Positions 18,357 through 28,706 of a stretch of 64,000 bases of DNA are shown here, piece by piece. The stretch is from Candidatus Saccharimonadales bacterium (GTDB lineage Bacteria; Patescibacteriota; Saccharimonadia; Saccharimonadales; UBA10212), in contig DATCIS010000019.1 in assembly GCA_036507655.1 (NCBI GenBank), positions 10,736-74,735 on the forward strand, written 5' to 3'. A program made the translations under genes and the position numbers. The notes beneath the pieces were generated by a model, which did not search any database, was not told the origin of the DNA, and saw only the letters and a program-made list of their open reading frames with translations. Within the stretch, counting starts at the first letter, position 1. Every line of letters begins with the position of its first letter.

Positions 18357-18760
18357 AAAGCCCCCAAATCCTGAAGTGTCTGTTTAATGCCGGCTAGGGC
18401 GTTCTTGGCTTCACTCTTCCGTATCCGTACGTTCGGTTCGTGTACCAATCGGTTGCGCAGCTTATGGGCATACCAAGCGCTATCGTTATTACTTAGCGCT
18501 CGCTGGGCAGCTACTAAGCGCTCACCCATAGTTTTGCCTTTGTAACCTTTCCGCTTAAGGGCTTCATCCAGCAGTTTATCGGCGTCAATAACGGCCAGCG
18601 TCATACCCTCAACTGTTTTGACACGGGTTAAAAGTTCTGTCCACCTCCTCTCAAAATACCGTCGGTTAAGGGGCTGGACAAATCGGCGGCCAAAACGGCT
18701 AAGTAGGATTAGTATCAGAATGCCAAAGACTATAGCGCCGATTAAGAAAACAGTTGTCAT
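18353..18760 (-). CDS. Membrane-anchored protein with HEPN-like RxxxxH motif
   Basis: N-terminal TM; AVIDADKLLDEAL...GERL...AHKLRNRLVHE; ATGA overlaps with both gatA and gatB. Confidence 0.7.
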   Translation of the reverse strand: MTTVFLIGAIVFGILILILLSRFGRRFVQPLNRRYFERRWTELLTRVKTVEGMTLAVIDADKLLDEALKRKGYKGKTMGERLVAAQRALSNNDSAWYAHKLRNRLVHEPNVRIRKSEAKNALAGIKQTLQDLGAL

Positions 18761-20187
18761 TTCAGCGCCTCAAACGCCTTAGAGATTGACAACAGATTAC
18801 GGTCGGCTCGCTGCGGCGCGATAATTTGTAGCCCAACAGGCAGTTCATCGTGCCTGTCAACCGGCAGGCTAATAGCCGGATTGCCCGAAATGTTAGCTGC
18901 TACGGTCATTATGTCGCTGAGGTACATCTGGAGTGGATCAGCAGTCCGCTCACCAATCTTGAAGGCTACATTTGGCGCGGTTGGGCCAATTAGAAAATCA
19001 AACTGTTCGAAGGCTGTTTTGAAGTCGTTGATAATTTTTGTGCGCACGGTTTGGGCTTTTTTATAGTAGGCCTCGTAGTAACCGCTTGAAAGCACATAGG
19101 CACCGATCATGATGCGCCTCTTAGCCTCAGCGCCGAAACCGGCTTCACGGCTCAGAAAGTAGCTGTCTTCAAGGTTTTTGGCTTCAGTTGTGCTTAAGCC
19201 GTACCTTTGACCGTCATAACGCGCCAAATTACTGCTGACTTCTGCTGGACAAACGATATAATAAACCGCCAGTGCCAGCGGCAGACTGGGCAGGCTCACT
19301 TCTCTGATCTCGCCGCCAGCGGCGCGCATTTTTTCAATCGCCGCTTCAACCGATTGTCTTACTCCGGGCTCAAGCCCTTGGCTCATGTACTCGCGAATAA
19401 TGCCAATTCTGACATTATTCAGCCGATAGCCATTGGCCGATAGCCGATAGCCTTTTGCGTCGCTTTCGATGGTTGTTGAATCGAGCTCGTCTTTTCCGGC
19501 CATGACCTCGAGCACAATAGCGGTGTCATCTACGGTCCTGGCCAACGGGCCAATGACATCGGTACTGCTGGCCATGGCTACAACTCCCGAGCGTGATACC
19601 AACCCGTATGTCGGTTTATAACCAACGACCCCGCAAAAGGCCGCCGGAAGACGGATTGAACCACCAGTATCTGTGCCGATCGCGAATGGTACAGCTTTTA
19701 GGGCCACAACTACGGCCGAGCCGCCCGAACTGCCACCAGGTACACGCGTCTTATCATGTGGGTTTTTGGTTACAAAAAAATCGCTGTTTTCGGTGCTGCT
19801 GCCATGCGCCCAGGCATCTAGGTTGGCCTTTGCTACACAGATGGCACCGGCGGCTTCTAAGCGCTCGATAGCGGTCGCTTGGTATGGCGCTTCAAAGTCC
19901 TTCAACATATTGGATGCTGCCGTCGTTTTGCCTTCGAGGGTCAGAAAATTATCTTTGGCTACAAACGGCACCCCAGCCAGTGAGCCGATTTTTTCACCTC
20001 TGACTATTCTTGAATCGATGTCTTCAGCCCGCTCTAGTGCACGCTCTTTTAGATATGAGATAACCGCGTCATATTCGGCGGCGGCTTCGAGATTATTCAG
20101 CGCTTCTTGGACCAGATTTTTAGCGCCCAGTTCGCCGCTTTGTACCTTGCTGGCAATATCAGCGATCGGTAAATCGAGTACCCCCAT
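18757..20187 (-). CDS. gatA: Asp/Glu-tRNA amidotransferase subunit A
   Basis: Amidase signature PGGSSGGSA, GTDTGGSIRLPA, SSNLARYDG. Confidence 0.98.
   Translation of the reverse strand: MGVLDLPIADIASKVQSGELGAKNLVQEALNNLEAAAEYDAVISYLKERALERAEDIDSRIVRGEKIGSLAGVPFVAKDNFLTLEGKTTAASNMLKDFEAPYQATAIERLEAAGAICVAKANLDAWAHGSSTENSDFFVTKNPHDKTRVPGGSSGGSAVVVALKAVPFAIGTDTGGSIRLPAAFCGVVGYKPTYGLVSRSGVVAMASSTDVIGPLARTVDDTAIVLEVMAGKDELDSTTIESDAKGYRLSANGYRLNNVRIGIIREYMSQGLEPGVRQSVEAAIEKMRAAGGEIREVSLPSLPLALAVYYIVCPAEVSSNLARYDGQRYGLSTTEAKNLEDSYFLSREAGFGAEAKRRIMIGAYVLSSGYYEAYYKKAQTVRTKIINDFKTAFEQFDFLIGPTAPNVAFKIGERTADPLQMYLSDIMTVAANISGNPAISLPVDRHDELPVGLQIIAPQRADRNLLSISKAFEALK
19421..19455. repeat. 7-bp tandem repeat inside gatA
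   Basis: agccgat agccatt ggccgat agccgat agccttt; same unit as the arrays at 3943 and 10892; encodes KGYRLSANGYRL. Confidence 0.85.
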
Positions 20188-20189
20188 AA

Positions 20190-20483
20190 CTACTCAATAA
20201 CCCGTTTTACTTTGTACTGATTTTTTTCGGTCGCCGGAGCGCCAGCCAGTAAGCCATGAGGATTGGCATGGTAATCAATAGCTTCATCGTCACGCATGAC
20301 GTTCCTAAGCCCGGTGACTTGGTATGTTGGTTTTAAGCCGTCTGTATCGGCTTGGTTGAGCATTTCAACATAAGCCAGGATTTCGCTCAACTCTTTGGCG
20401 AAGCGTTCGATTTCTTGGTCGGTCAACTTTAGCCGGCTTAAATGAGCCAATTTTAAGACTTGGTCTGCCGAGAGCTTACTCAT
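20190..20483 (-). CDS. gatC: Asp/Glu-tRNA amidotransferase subunit C
   Basis: V.KLAHLSRL.L..E...F..EL..IL.YV..L, NVMRDD; first gene of gatCAB. Confidence 0.95.
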   Translation of the reverse strand: MSKLSADQVLKLAHLSRLKLTDQEIERFAKELSEILAYVEMLNQADTDGLKPTYQVTGLRNVMRDDEAIDYHANPHGLLAGAPATEKNQYKVKRVIE

Positions 20484-20529
20484 AATCTGTAGGTAAGTAT
20501 AGCAAAGCTAGAGTTTAGATTTCACTCTT

Positions 20530-20600
20530 ACCCCGCACCAAAGCATGAGCGGAGTAGTCGGTAATCGGATTATGGAGCTTCAAGTTTTTGGTGCTGGGGT
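20530..20600. repeat. Small element with terminal inverted repeats (MITE/REP-like)
   Basis: ACCCCGCACCAAA (20530-20542) ... TTTGGTGCTGGGGT (20587-20600); 13-bp IR with one extra base, 44-nt spacer. Confidence 0.65.
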
Positions 20601-20606
20601 CGGCGA

Positions 20607-22577
20607 TTATAATTTACCCTTCACTTCTTCTATGAGGTCGCGTAGTTCGGCGGCTTTTTCGAACTCCAAATTGGCAGCCGCCAAATCCATCTGTGAAGTT
20701 AGATCTCGAATCATATAGTCGTACTCCTCTTTAGGAATTTTTTTCAAATCAATTTTCATCCGCTTGCTGACGGATTCTTCCTTGACCGCTCTCGGCAGCA
20801 TTTCCACGACCTCTCGCTCGATGCTCTTAGGTGTAATTTTGTGCTTTTGGTTGTAAGCTTCTTGAATCTCGCGGCGGCGATTGGTTTCGTCTATTGCCCG
20901 ATGCATGCTGCCTGTTTGGCTATTGGCATACATGATGACATGGCCTTTTACGTGCCTTGCAGCCCGGCCGACTGTCTGGATTAAAGATTGTTCGGAGCGC
21001 AAAAATCCTTCTTTGTCAGCGTCGAGGATAGCCACCAGGCTAACTTCTGGCAAATCTAAACCTTCACGCAACAGATTGATTCCCACCAAGACATCGTAAA
21101 CCCCTAAACGTAAATCACGTAGAATATCAGTTCTCTCCAGGGTGTCGATTTCGGAATGCAGATACATTACTTTTATGTCCAAATCAGCCAAATATTCCGC
21201 TAAATCTTCGGCCATGCGTTTGGTAAGCGTAGTTACCAAAACTCGCTGTTTTTTACTGACTGTATCCTTAATTTCAGCAATTAAGTCATCGATTTGGCCT
21301 TCGGTTTTGCGGACATCGATTTGCGGGTCGAGCAAACCGGTCGGACGGATAATCTGCGCTGCCGGTTCCGGACTACGCGACAGTTCGTATTCCGCTGGTG
21401 TGGCACTGACATAAATTACATGGTTTATGTGGCGTTCGAATTCACTGAATGTCAACGGGCGGTTATCGAGCGCGCTTGGCAGGCGGAAACCGTGTTCCAC
21501 CAGAACTTGCTTGCGTGAACGGTCGCCGTGATACATGCCGCGTACTTGCGGCATGGTCATATGTGACTCATCAATGAACATCAAAAAGTCATCAGGGAAA
21601 TAGTCGAGCAAAGTCGCTGGCTGCTCGCCTTCTTCGCGATCTGTCAAATAGCGGCTGTAGTTCTCAATCCCTTTCACAAACCCGGTTTGCTCGAGCATTT
21701 CGATATCAAACTTAACTCGCTGTTCCAAGCGCTGGGCTTCCAGGAGTTTCCCGTGGTCTTTGAACCACTTAAGCCGCTGCCTAGTCTCTGCTTGGATTTT
21801 GACAATCGCCCGTTTGAGCTTCTCTTCCGGGGTCACGAAGTGGCTGCCTGGATAAATACTTAACAAGTCAAGCGATTTCTCAATTTCGCCAGTCAGTGGA
21901 TTAATTCGGGTCATACGCTCGACCTCATCGCCGAAGAATTCAATTCGATAGGCCGCTTCGTCACCAGCCGGAAAGACATCGACCACATCGCCGCGTACTC
22001 TGAAATTACCGCGTTCAAATGCCATATCATTACGGCGATACTGGATATCGGTTAGTTGCCGCATGAGTTTATCGCGCACTCTACGCTGGCCTTTCTTGAT
22101 TTTAATCGTCATGTTAGTGTAATCCTCTACCGATCCGATACCGTAAATGCAAGAGACGCTGGCTACTATAATCACGTCACGCCGCGACAGTAACGCCTCG
22201 GTCGCGGCGTGACGCAGCCGGTCGATTTCCTCATTAATGTCACTATCTTTTTCTATATAAGTGTCAGTCCGCGGCACGTAAGCTTCGGGCTGATAATAAT
22301 CGAAGTAACTAACGAAGTAGTGAACGGCGTTATTAGGGAAAAACTGGCGAAATTCGTTGTAAAGTTGAGCAGCCAGAGTTTTGTTGTGGCTAAGAACCAG
22401 TGTCGGCCTTTGGGTATTAGCAATGATATTAGCCATGGTGAAAGTCTTACCACTACCGGTAACACCTAGTAGAACTTGCTGATTGTCACCGGCATTTAAA
22501 CCTTCACTCAATTTAGCAATCGCCGTCGGCTGGTCTCCCGTTGGCCTATACTTACTCTTAAGCCTAAACTTGCTCAC
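20607..22577 (-). CDS. uvrB: Excinuclease ABC subunit B
   Basis: [50 protein letters not shown]-terminal UVR domain. Confidence 0.98.
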   Translation of the reverse strand: MSKFRLKSKYRPTGDQPTAIAKLSEGLNAGDNQQVLLGVTGSGKTFTMANIIANTQRPTLVLSHNKTLAAQLYNEFRQFFPNNAVHYFVSYFDYYQPEAYVPRTDTYIEKDSDINEEIDRLRHAATEALLSRRDVIIVASVSCIYGIGSVEDYTNMTIKIKKGQRRVRDKLMRQLTDIQYRRNDMAFERGNFRVRGDVVDVFPAGDEAAYRIEFFGDEVERMTRINPLTGEIEKSLDLLSIYPGSHFVTPEEKLKRAIVKIQAETRQRLKWFKDHGKLLEAQRLEQRVKFDIEMLEQTGFVKGIENYSRYLTDREEGEQPATLLDYFPDDFLMFIDESHMTMPQVRGMYHGDRSRKQVLVEHGFRLPSALDNRPLTFSEFERHINHVIYVSATPAEYELSRSPEPAAQIIRPTGLLDPQIDVRKTEGQIDDLIAEIKDTVSKKQRVLVTTLTKRMAEDLAEYLADLDIKVMYLHSEIDTLERTDILRDLRLGVYDVLVGINLLREGLDLPEVSLVAILDADKEGFLRSEQSLIQTVGRAARHVKGHVIMYANSQTGSMHRAIDETNRRREIQEAYNQKHKITPKSIEREVVEMLPRAVKEESVSKRMKIDLKKIPKEEYDYMIRDLTSQMDLAAANLEFEKAAELRDLIEEVKGKL

Positions 22578-22605
22578 CTATCAATTGTAGCAAGCTGAAC
22601 TTCTT

Positions 22606-23181
22606 CTAGCCTTGTTCGTACAAAGAGCGGTAGTGGTGGTTGTGTTTATCGAGTAAAGCAGTCAATCGGCTGATTAGTTTTTCCGGGTCTTCTTCAAAGA
22701 TAACTAGATCGGGGTCGGCGTTTGGCAAGAGCTTCAGTAAGCTCCCTATCTGCGCGCTGACACCGCCAGCACTTTCTAACACTCCGATCGGAGTATGGGT
22801 TTCGGCGGCAATCGTAAATTCGTGTAACGTGCCCAAACGGCCGCCAATCGTCACAACCGCATCGGCTGAATGAATCAGCAGGGCATCTCGGCCGCCATAG
22901 TGAAGCCCGGTATATAAAATCGCATCGTAATTTTTGAACGGTAGTCGGTATTTGACAACGTGTTCAGCTTTAGATGCCGCCGGGCTTAAGCCCAGGCTCA
23001 TTTTGCCACCGGCAGACTTGAAACCGGCGGCGGCATAATCTGGCAGTCCGGCTGTGGCTCCGGTCATCAAGCTATGGCCGGCTTTGGCTATGGCGATGCC
23101 GATGGCGTTGGCTAATTGGGCACCCTGCTCTACGCTGTCTCCTTTAGCCGCCCCGGAGACACAGATCTGATATTTTCCCAT
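22606..23181 (-). CDS. LOG/SLOG family nucleotide-binding protein
   Basis: ICVSGA, LMTGA..GLP, GR..LLI.SADAVV.IGGRLGTLHEF. Confidence 0.8.
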   Translation of the reverse strand: MGKYQICVSGAAKGDSVEQGAQLANAIGIAIAKAGHSLMTGATAGLPDYAAAGFKSAGGKMSLGLSPAASKAEHVVKYRLPFKNYDAILYTGLHYGGRDALLIHSADAVVTIGGRLGTLHEFTIAAETHTPIGVLESAGGVSAQIGSLLKLLPNADPDLVIFEEDPEKLISRLTALLDKHNHHYRSLYEQG

Positions 23182-23183
23182 AC

Positions 23184-24236
23184 TTACTCCGGACCAGCGT
23201 ATTCTTCGGCTAAATCGGCGTTAGTTGGTAGGACAGCTAATTCATCATGGCTGAAGTTATATTGAATATCTGGTGCTCTATCCGATAACGACCCAGCTAT
23301 TCTCCGATAGCGGGCCATAAGTTCACTCCACAGTGAATGCGCCCCATGGTGCCTGACAGCTTCAATCAGCTCGTGATGCTTAAGATGGTTGAGCGATACA
23401 TCTTTAAGGTTAAGCGACACTGGTTGTTCGTCGTCGGAAATCAAATGCTCGGTATCCGCCCACCAACCCAAGCCCGGACTTAACTCATGCAGGGCTTCAG
23501 AGTAACCCTTTGGATTTAATGAATGCAGACCCGCCAAAAGCAGCAGGGTTAGGCATAATACCGAAGCCTGGTTTAATTCTTCCGAAGGCCATACGGATAC
23601 AACGCCGATTTGTTGGTTGATTACAAAGTGAGACTGCGGACCCTTTAAACCCCGCCAGTGTTCGGCTTTAAGGTTTATTATTTTTGCCGGGCGCAGTTCG
23701 TACTGAGAAGCACTCAACTTGGGCAGATTTTTAGCGACATTTCTCTGCCAGGTGGTTGATTCCAGAACCGAACCGGCCAAGAATATCTCTGAGATATCTT
23801 GGCGTTTAATCATCGAGGCAACCGAACGATAGTGTAGACGCCTAGCGACGCGTTTTGGCGGGTATTTGACGAGGGTGGCCTTGGCAACGGCATTCTTGAC
23901 CACCCACACCTCGTCTGTTGAGGCGCAATGCTTCACAAGCTGGATGGCCTTGTTTAGGCGTTCGCTGAGCTTGGTAGAGTCATCGACTCCTAGTGCTTTA
24001 TCTAGTATCTGCGAATCTCTTTCGAACCGAGCTTGAAGCGCATGGTAAAGTTCTTCGTCGGTGGTGTCGTTTGCATCCAAACCAAGCTGCTCAATTTTAC
24101 TGCGCAGCTTATGTTTATTTTCGGCCATCAGCCTGATATCTTCGCTGGAAAAACCACATTGCTCTTCCAATACTGACAGGTCTTTGGCGACTTCCTCCTC
24201 ATGCTTATCTAGAAGTTTGGCCAGATTCCTTGACAT
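23184..24236 (-). CDS. Hypothetical protein
   Basis: 350-aa ORF tightly coupled between pfkB and the LOG gene; no motif recognised. Confidence 0.75.
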   Translation of the reverse strand: MSRNLAKLLDKHEEEVAKDLSVLEEQCGFSSEDIRLMAENKHKLRSKIEQLGLDANDTTDEELYHALQARFERDSQILDKALGVDDSTKLSERLNKAIQLVKHCASTDEVWVVKNAVAKATLVKYPPKRVARRLHYRSVASMIKRQDISEIFLAGSVLESTTWQRNVAKNLPKLSASQYELRPAKIINLKAEHWRGLKGPQSHFVINQQIGVVSVWPSEELNQASVLCLTLLLLAGLHSLNPKGYSEALHELSPGLGWWADTEHLISDDEQPVSLNLKDVSLNHLKHHELIEAVRHHGAHSLWSELMARYRRIAGSLSDRAPDIQYNFSHDELAVLPTNADLAEEYAGPE

Positions 24237-24237
24237 G

Positions 24238-25248
24238 TCAGCCCAACCTCACTGGGCGGTAATCTTCCGGGGCAATCCGCAGATAGTGTTCGATTTCGCG
24301 ATCTGTCAGTAGACCGGCTTGGGCGCCGACTTTCTGAACTACACTCATGGCGTTAATCGGTGCCCAAAGCAGCGCGCCGGCGATGTCGGCGCCTCTAATT
24401 ACGGCGGCTACGAAGGTCGAGCTAAAAGCATCACCGGCTCCCGTGCGGTCATAAGGTGGTTTTGGGTCGGGATAAATCGGCATTTTGTAGCGGCTAGCGC
24501 CATCGCTGGCATAGGCGCCTTTTGGCCCATCGCTAACCAGTACAATTTTTGGGCCAAGCTCATGCAGCTTGTCGAGTAATTCATGGATGTCATCTTCGTA
24601 ACGCTTACCAGCAATCTCGGCAGCCTCTTGGCGATTGACGGCCAGTATCTCGCTGCGGACATAAATTCGCCTTAGTCGCTGCGCTCCGGCTTCGAGCTGG
24701 AAGGTACCTGGCTGAAAGACCAATTTAATTTCTGGATGTCGTTCTAGCCACTGCGCCAGCTCATCGTGGTACCCTAGAGCGTGCTGGCTGACCGAGCTGA
24801 AATATATCCATCGAGGAATATCGATTGATCTGAAGCGTGGCCAGTTATAATCGTATTCCTCGTGCTTAATCAAGATGGTGCGGTCTTCCCTGTACCAGAG
24901 CACGTAGTGATAGTTGCTCTTTTTTTTGGGGTTGATGTGGACGAAGCGCCTGTCGACTTTAGCATTATGGAGTGCCCGCAGGATATCACGCCCCCAATCA
25001 TCGTCACCGATGTTAGATACCAATCCGGATTGCAAACCCACCTTGGCAATGCAAACGGCGGCGTTAGAAGCATTGCCTACAGCTGGAACTATTGTTGCAT
25101 GGTCAAATGGAATTTTGGTGGCAAAAGCCATGCTCAAACGCGGCCCGTCATCGGTTTTTTCGACCTTGGCTTCGTTATCCAAAAGCTTTATAAAAACATC
25201 GGTCACTACATCACCTATTGCCAGCACATCGAGCTGTTTCTGCGCCAT
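24238..25248 (-). CDS. PfkB-family carbohydrate kinase
   Basis: GNASNAAV, IGDDDWG, DRTGAGDAF PfkB signature. Confidence 0.92.
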   Translation of the reverse strand: MAQKQLDVLAIGDVVTDVFIKLLDNEAKVEKTDDGPRLSMAFATKIPFDHATIVPAVGNASNAAVCIAKVGLQSGLVSNIGDDDWGRDILRALHNAKVDRRFVHINPKKKSNYHYVLWYREDRTILIKHEEYDYNWPRFRSIDIPRWIYFSSVSQHALGYHDELAQWLERHPEIKLVFQPGTFQLEAGAQRLRRIYVRSEILAVNRQEAAEIAGKRYEDDIHELLDKLHELGPKIVLVSDGPKGAYASDGASRYKMPIYPDPKPPYDRTGAGDAFSSTFVAAVIRGADIAGALLWAPINAMSVVQKVGAQAGLLTDREIEHYLRIAPEDYRPVRLG

Positions 25249-25277
25249 AATTCTTACGCCTATTTTAACACAAGCGC

Positions 25278-26189
25278 CTAAGCAGGTTTGGCTTTGCCAG
25301 AGGAGCTAAACATGTCAATTTTGGACTCTACAACCTCTTGAACTTCGTCGATAACTTTACCCATTAGCTTAACAACGGCATACTCGCCTTTATTTTTCTT
25401 AAGGACCGATTCAAGAGTATCGCGATAAGCCACCCGCATATCGGAGTTGATGTTGATTTTAGCGACGCCGATTTTTACTGCCTCTACAAAGTAGTGCTTG
25501 GCGGTCCCGCTGCCACCATGCAGGGAGATATTACAATCAATCGCTTGGCGAATTTGGCATAGCAGATCGAGGTCAAGGATTTTTGGCACTGGATATTTGC
25601 CGTGCAGGTTGCCAATCTGGGCGGCAAAAGTATCAATCCCGGTCCGGGCTACAAAATCTGCCGCCTCTTCCGGTTTGGTCATATATTTTTTGACTTCTTG
25701 GTAGTCGATTTTCTCTTTATGTAGGTTGGATGAGCCCAAAAAATAACGCTCTTCGGCTTCCACTAGCGCGCCGGTAAGCTTGGCGGCTTGTACGACTTTC
25801 TTGGTCTCAGAAATAATTTCTTCGCGGCTGGCGCCGTGTTTGGCTTGTGAGATATCGATATGGATACACTCAAAGCCGGCTGTAATTCCGGCGATGGCAT
25901 TATCTACAGTCGGGCTATGGTCTAAGTTAATATACATCTCGACGCTGTACTGGCTTTTGTAGTTATCGACAAGGTCACGTACATTTTCTAGCCCCATTGC
26001 GTCAGCTTCGGTCTGGCTGACCTCGACCAAGACCGGGGCTTTTTTGGCAATCGCCGCCCGCACCACAGCAATCAGCGTTTCCTGGTTATCCAAGTTGAAA
26101 GCTCCCAGCGCAAAATGTTCTTTATTGGCCCGTTCAAATGCCGCCCGTGCAGCTTGGCAGTTTCTTCTGATCTCAGTAAGTATCGGCAT
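25278..26189 (-). CDS. fba: Class II fructose-bisphosphate aldolase
   Basis: GAFN, NLDH, VEAE, GNLHG, LHGGSG, KININSD; start moved to ATG 26189 directly after the tktC stop. Confidence 0.92.
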   Translation of the reverse strand: MPILTEIRRNCQAARAAFERANKEHFALGAFNLDNQETLIAVVRAAIAKKAPVLVEVSQTEADAMGLENVRDLVDNYKSQYSVEMYINLDHSPTVDNAIAGITAGFECIHIDISQAKHGASREEIISETKKVVQAAKLTGALVEAEERYFLGSSNLHKEKIDYQEVKKYMTKPEEAADFVARTGIDTFAAQIGNLHGKYPVPKILDLDLLCQIRQAIDCNISLHGGSGTAKHYFVEAVKIGVAKININSDMRVAYRDTLESVLKKNKGEYAVVKLMGKVIDEVQEVVESKIDMFSSSGKAKPA

Positions 26190-26190
26190 T

Positions 26191-27171
26191 TTAATGTTTA
26201 TGGTTGGTGTGGTCCAAAAGTAAATGATGGGCGGCCAAGGCGATGTGGTCGGCATCCAGGCCAAAGTGCCGCAGCAGTTCCTCGGGCTGGCCGCTTTCGC
26301 CGAAGCGGTCTTTCATGCCAATCCTTAACATTGGGGTTGGCAACTTTTCACCTAGCAGTTCGGCGATGGCGCCACCGAGCCCGCCATTGATCTGGCCCTC
26401 TTCGGCTGTCACTACATGTCGGGTTTTATGGGCACTTGCTAGGATGGTTCTCTCATCGAGTGGTTTGACGGTTGGCACGTGAACAACCTCGGCTTCTATG
26501 CCGTCTTTGGCTAGAATCTTAGCCGCTTCCATAGCCTGGTAGGTCATTGTGCCAGTAGTAATCAAACTGACATCGATACCTTCTTTATAAACATAGGCTT
26601 TGCCAATCTCGAACGGTGTGTGCTCGGTAGTGAAGACCGGTGTGGCTTCGCGTGCCAGACGCATGTAATTGGGCTGTCTGTCGGCCGCCATGGCTAAAGT
26701 GGCTTTGGCAGCTTCATTACTGTCACAAGGAGCAATTACCACCATGTTTGGTAGAGCGCGCATCAGCGCTATATCTTCCAGCATCTGGTGTGTCGCGCCG
26801 TCCGGACCGACGCTGATACCGGCGTGCGAGCCGACTATTTTAACCGGCCGATCGTTAAGTGCAATGGTAGTTCTAATCTGCTCCCAGTTGCGCCCGGGGC
26901 TGAAAGCGGCGTAGCTTGAAACGAACGGAATCTTTCCCATAGCTGCCATACCGGCTCCGACAGTTACTAGGTTTTGTTCAGCTACGCCAACCTCGACAAA
27001 TCTTTCCGGAAAAGCCTCAGCGAACAGGTGCATCTGTGTTGATTCGGTCAAGTCGGCCACAATTCCGACGATATTTTCCCAGCGTTTTCCGGCCTCTAGA
27101 AGGCCTTTACCAAATCCCTTACGAATCGGCTCCAGTGTGTCCCAACTATGCGCCAGATGCATCTCACTCAT
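26191..27171 (-). CDS. Transketolase, C-terminal (pyrimidine-binding) subunit
   Basis: GVAEQN, GPDGATHQ, TVKPLD, GGLGGA, DRFGESG. Confidence 0.95.
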   Translation of the reverse strand: MSEMHLAHSWDTLEPIRKGFGKGLLEAGKRWENIVGIVADLTESTQMHLFAEAFPERFVEVGVAEQNLVTVGAGMAAMGKIPFVSSYAAFSPGRNWEQIRTTIALNDRPVKIVGSHAGISVGPDGATHQMLEDIALMRALPNMVVIAPCDSNEAAKATLAMAADRQPNYMRLAREATPVFTTEHTPFEIGKAYVYKEGIDVSLITTGTMTYQAMEAAKILAKDGIEAEVVHVPTVKPLDERTILASAHKTRHVVTAEEGQINGGLGGAIAELLGEKLPTPMLRIGMKDRFGESGQPEELLRHFGLDADHIALAAHHLLLDHTNHKH

Positions 27172-28030
27172 GTTCGCTCCGGATTTTGCCGCCTAAAGTC
27201 CGTAGCTCTTTAAGCGCCTTTACGGCTTGTTCGTGGTTGGGTGGTGCACCGTGCCAATGGAAGTCGTACTCCATAAAATCGACGCCCTTACCCGGAACTG
27301 TGTGGGCGATAATCATCACTGGCTTTTCGACTATGGCCTTGGCCATATTGCAGGCGTCAATTACAGCATCGATGTCGTTGCCGTCAATCTCCACAACGTG
27401 CCAGCCGAAAGCCTCCCATTTATCCCGTAAGTTCTCCAGTGGCATAACAACTTCTGTCGGCCCGTCTATCTGGATATTGTTACGGTCGGCGATAGCAATA
27501 ATGTTGTTGAGTTTGTACTTGGCGGCAAACATAGCGCCTTCCCAGGTGTTGCCTTCATCTTGCTCGCCGTCGCTCATAATGCAATAAACCCAGCGATGTT
27601 GAGCTTTATCCATCCGCAGCGCCATGGCCATTCCAGCAGCCTGACTTAGACCGCTGCCCAACGGCCCGCTGGTAGTTTCCAGCCCCGGCAGCCGAAGCCG
27701 TTCGGGGTGACCTTGCAGGCGCGAGCCAAACTGCCTGAGCGTCATTAGCTCCTTCTTTTCAAAGTAACCAGCGTGCGCCATGGTTACATAGCGAACCGGC
27801 GTGCAGTGGCCGTTCGAAAGAATTAGAATATCGCGCTCATCCCATTCGGGGGTTTCCGGATCGTGCTTTAGTATTTCGAAATATAGTGCCGTAAAGATAT
27901 CAGCTAAACCAAGCGGCCCAGCTGAGTGGCCGCTGCCGGCGTGCTCGAGCATTTTAATTAAATCGATGCGGATTTCGTTGGCTTTTTTCTCTAACGCCGG
28001 CAAAGAATGGTGTTTTTGCTCTTTTGTCAT
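27164..28030 (-). CDS. Transketolase, N-terminal (ThDP-binding) subunit
   Basis: GSGH, LSNGH, LQGHP, SGPLGSG, SDGEQDEG ThDP motif; likely start ATG 28030. Confidence 0.95.
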   Translation of the reverse strand: MTKEQKHHSLPALEKKANEIRIDLIKMLEHAGSGHSAGPLGLADIFTALYFEILKHDPETPEWDERDILILSNGHCTPVRYVTMAHAGYFEKKELMTLRQFGSRLQGHPERLRLPGLETTSGPLGSGLSQAAGMAMALRMDKAQHRWVYCIMSDGEQDEGNTWEGAMFAAKYKLNNIIAIADRNNIQIDGPTEVVMPLENLRDKWEAFGWHVVEIDGNDIDAVIDACNMAKAIVEKPVMIIAHTVPGKGVDFMEYDFHWHGAPPNHEQAVKALKELRTLGGKIRSEHE

Positions 28031-28043
28031 CTTGCTTATGATT

Positions 28044-28706
28044 TTACGTTGTGCCGGTCTCTTCAGCAATGCGCACTAGCGCGCGGTAAGCTCGTTCTGG
28101 GTTGTCAGAGTTCTGGATAAAACCGCCGACATTCAGCACGTCAACGCCGCCGAAAACCAGTTCGGCGACATTCTGATCATTAATGCCGCCGTCCCAACCG
28201 ACCTCCAGATCTGGTTTCTGGTTTTTCAGTATCTCTACCTTCTTGAGATGGCTCAAATTGGCTTGGCCGCCAAACCTTCCTAAGTCGCCGCTGAAAATCA
28301 ACACATGGTCGATGTCGTCGATTACCGAAAAGATCTCTTCTGGGAATGTTTGTGGCAAAAGTGCGACGCCCAACCTGATCGAATGGTCGCGACAAAAGTC
28401 AACAACCTGACCGAAGTCGCCCTCGGCTTCAGCGTGGACAATAATTAGATTGGGCTTGTGCTGCAAAATTTTTTGGATAGCCGGCAGCGGGTTTTGATAC
28501 ATCAGGTGGAAATCGGCTAAAAACCCAACAGGCCACCAAGCGTCTTCTGGAGCCACCGTTTTGTGTGGCACAAAAGTCCCATCTGTCAGGTCGATTTGTA
28601 TCCGGTGCGCAAAATGAGCGACATTTTGAATCTGTTTTTGATAATTATCTTTATCGGCGGCTAAAATCGCCGGGCAAATAATCGGTTTTTTAGCTGCCAA
28701 GTCCAT
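28044..28706 (-). CDS. rpe: Ribulose-phosphate 3-epimerase
   Basis: ICPAILA, QIDLTDGTFV, DFHLM, GRFGGQ, WDGGIN. Confidence 0.9.
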   Translation of the reverse strand: MDLAAKKPIICPAILAADKDNYQKQIQNVAHFAHRIQIDLTDGTFVPHKTVAPEDAWWPVGFLADFHLMYQNPLPAIQKILQHKPNLIIVHAEAEGDFGQVVDFCRDHSIRLGVALLPQTFPEEIFSVIDDIDHVLIFSGDLGRFGGQANLSHLKKVEILKNQKPDLEVGWDGGINDQNVAELVFGGVDVLNVGGFIQNSDNPERAYRALVRIAEETGTT

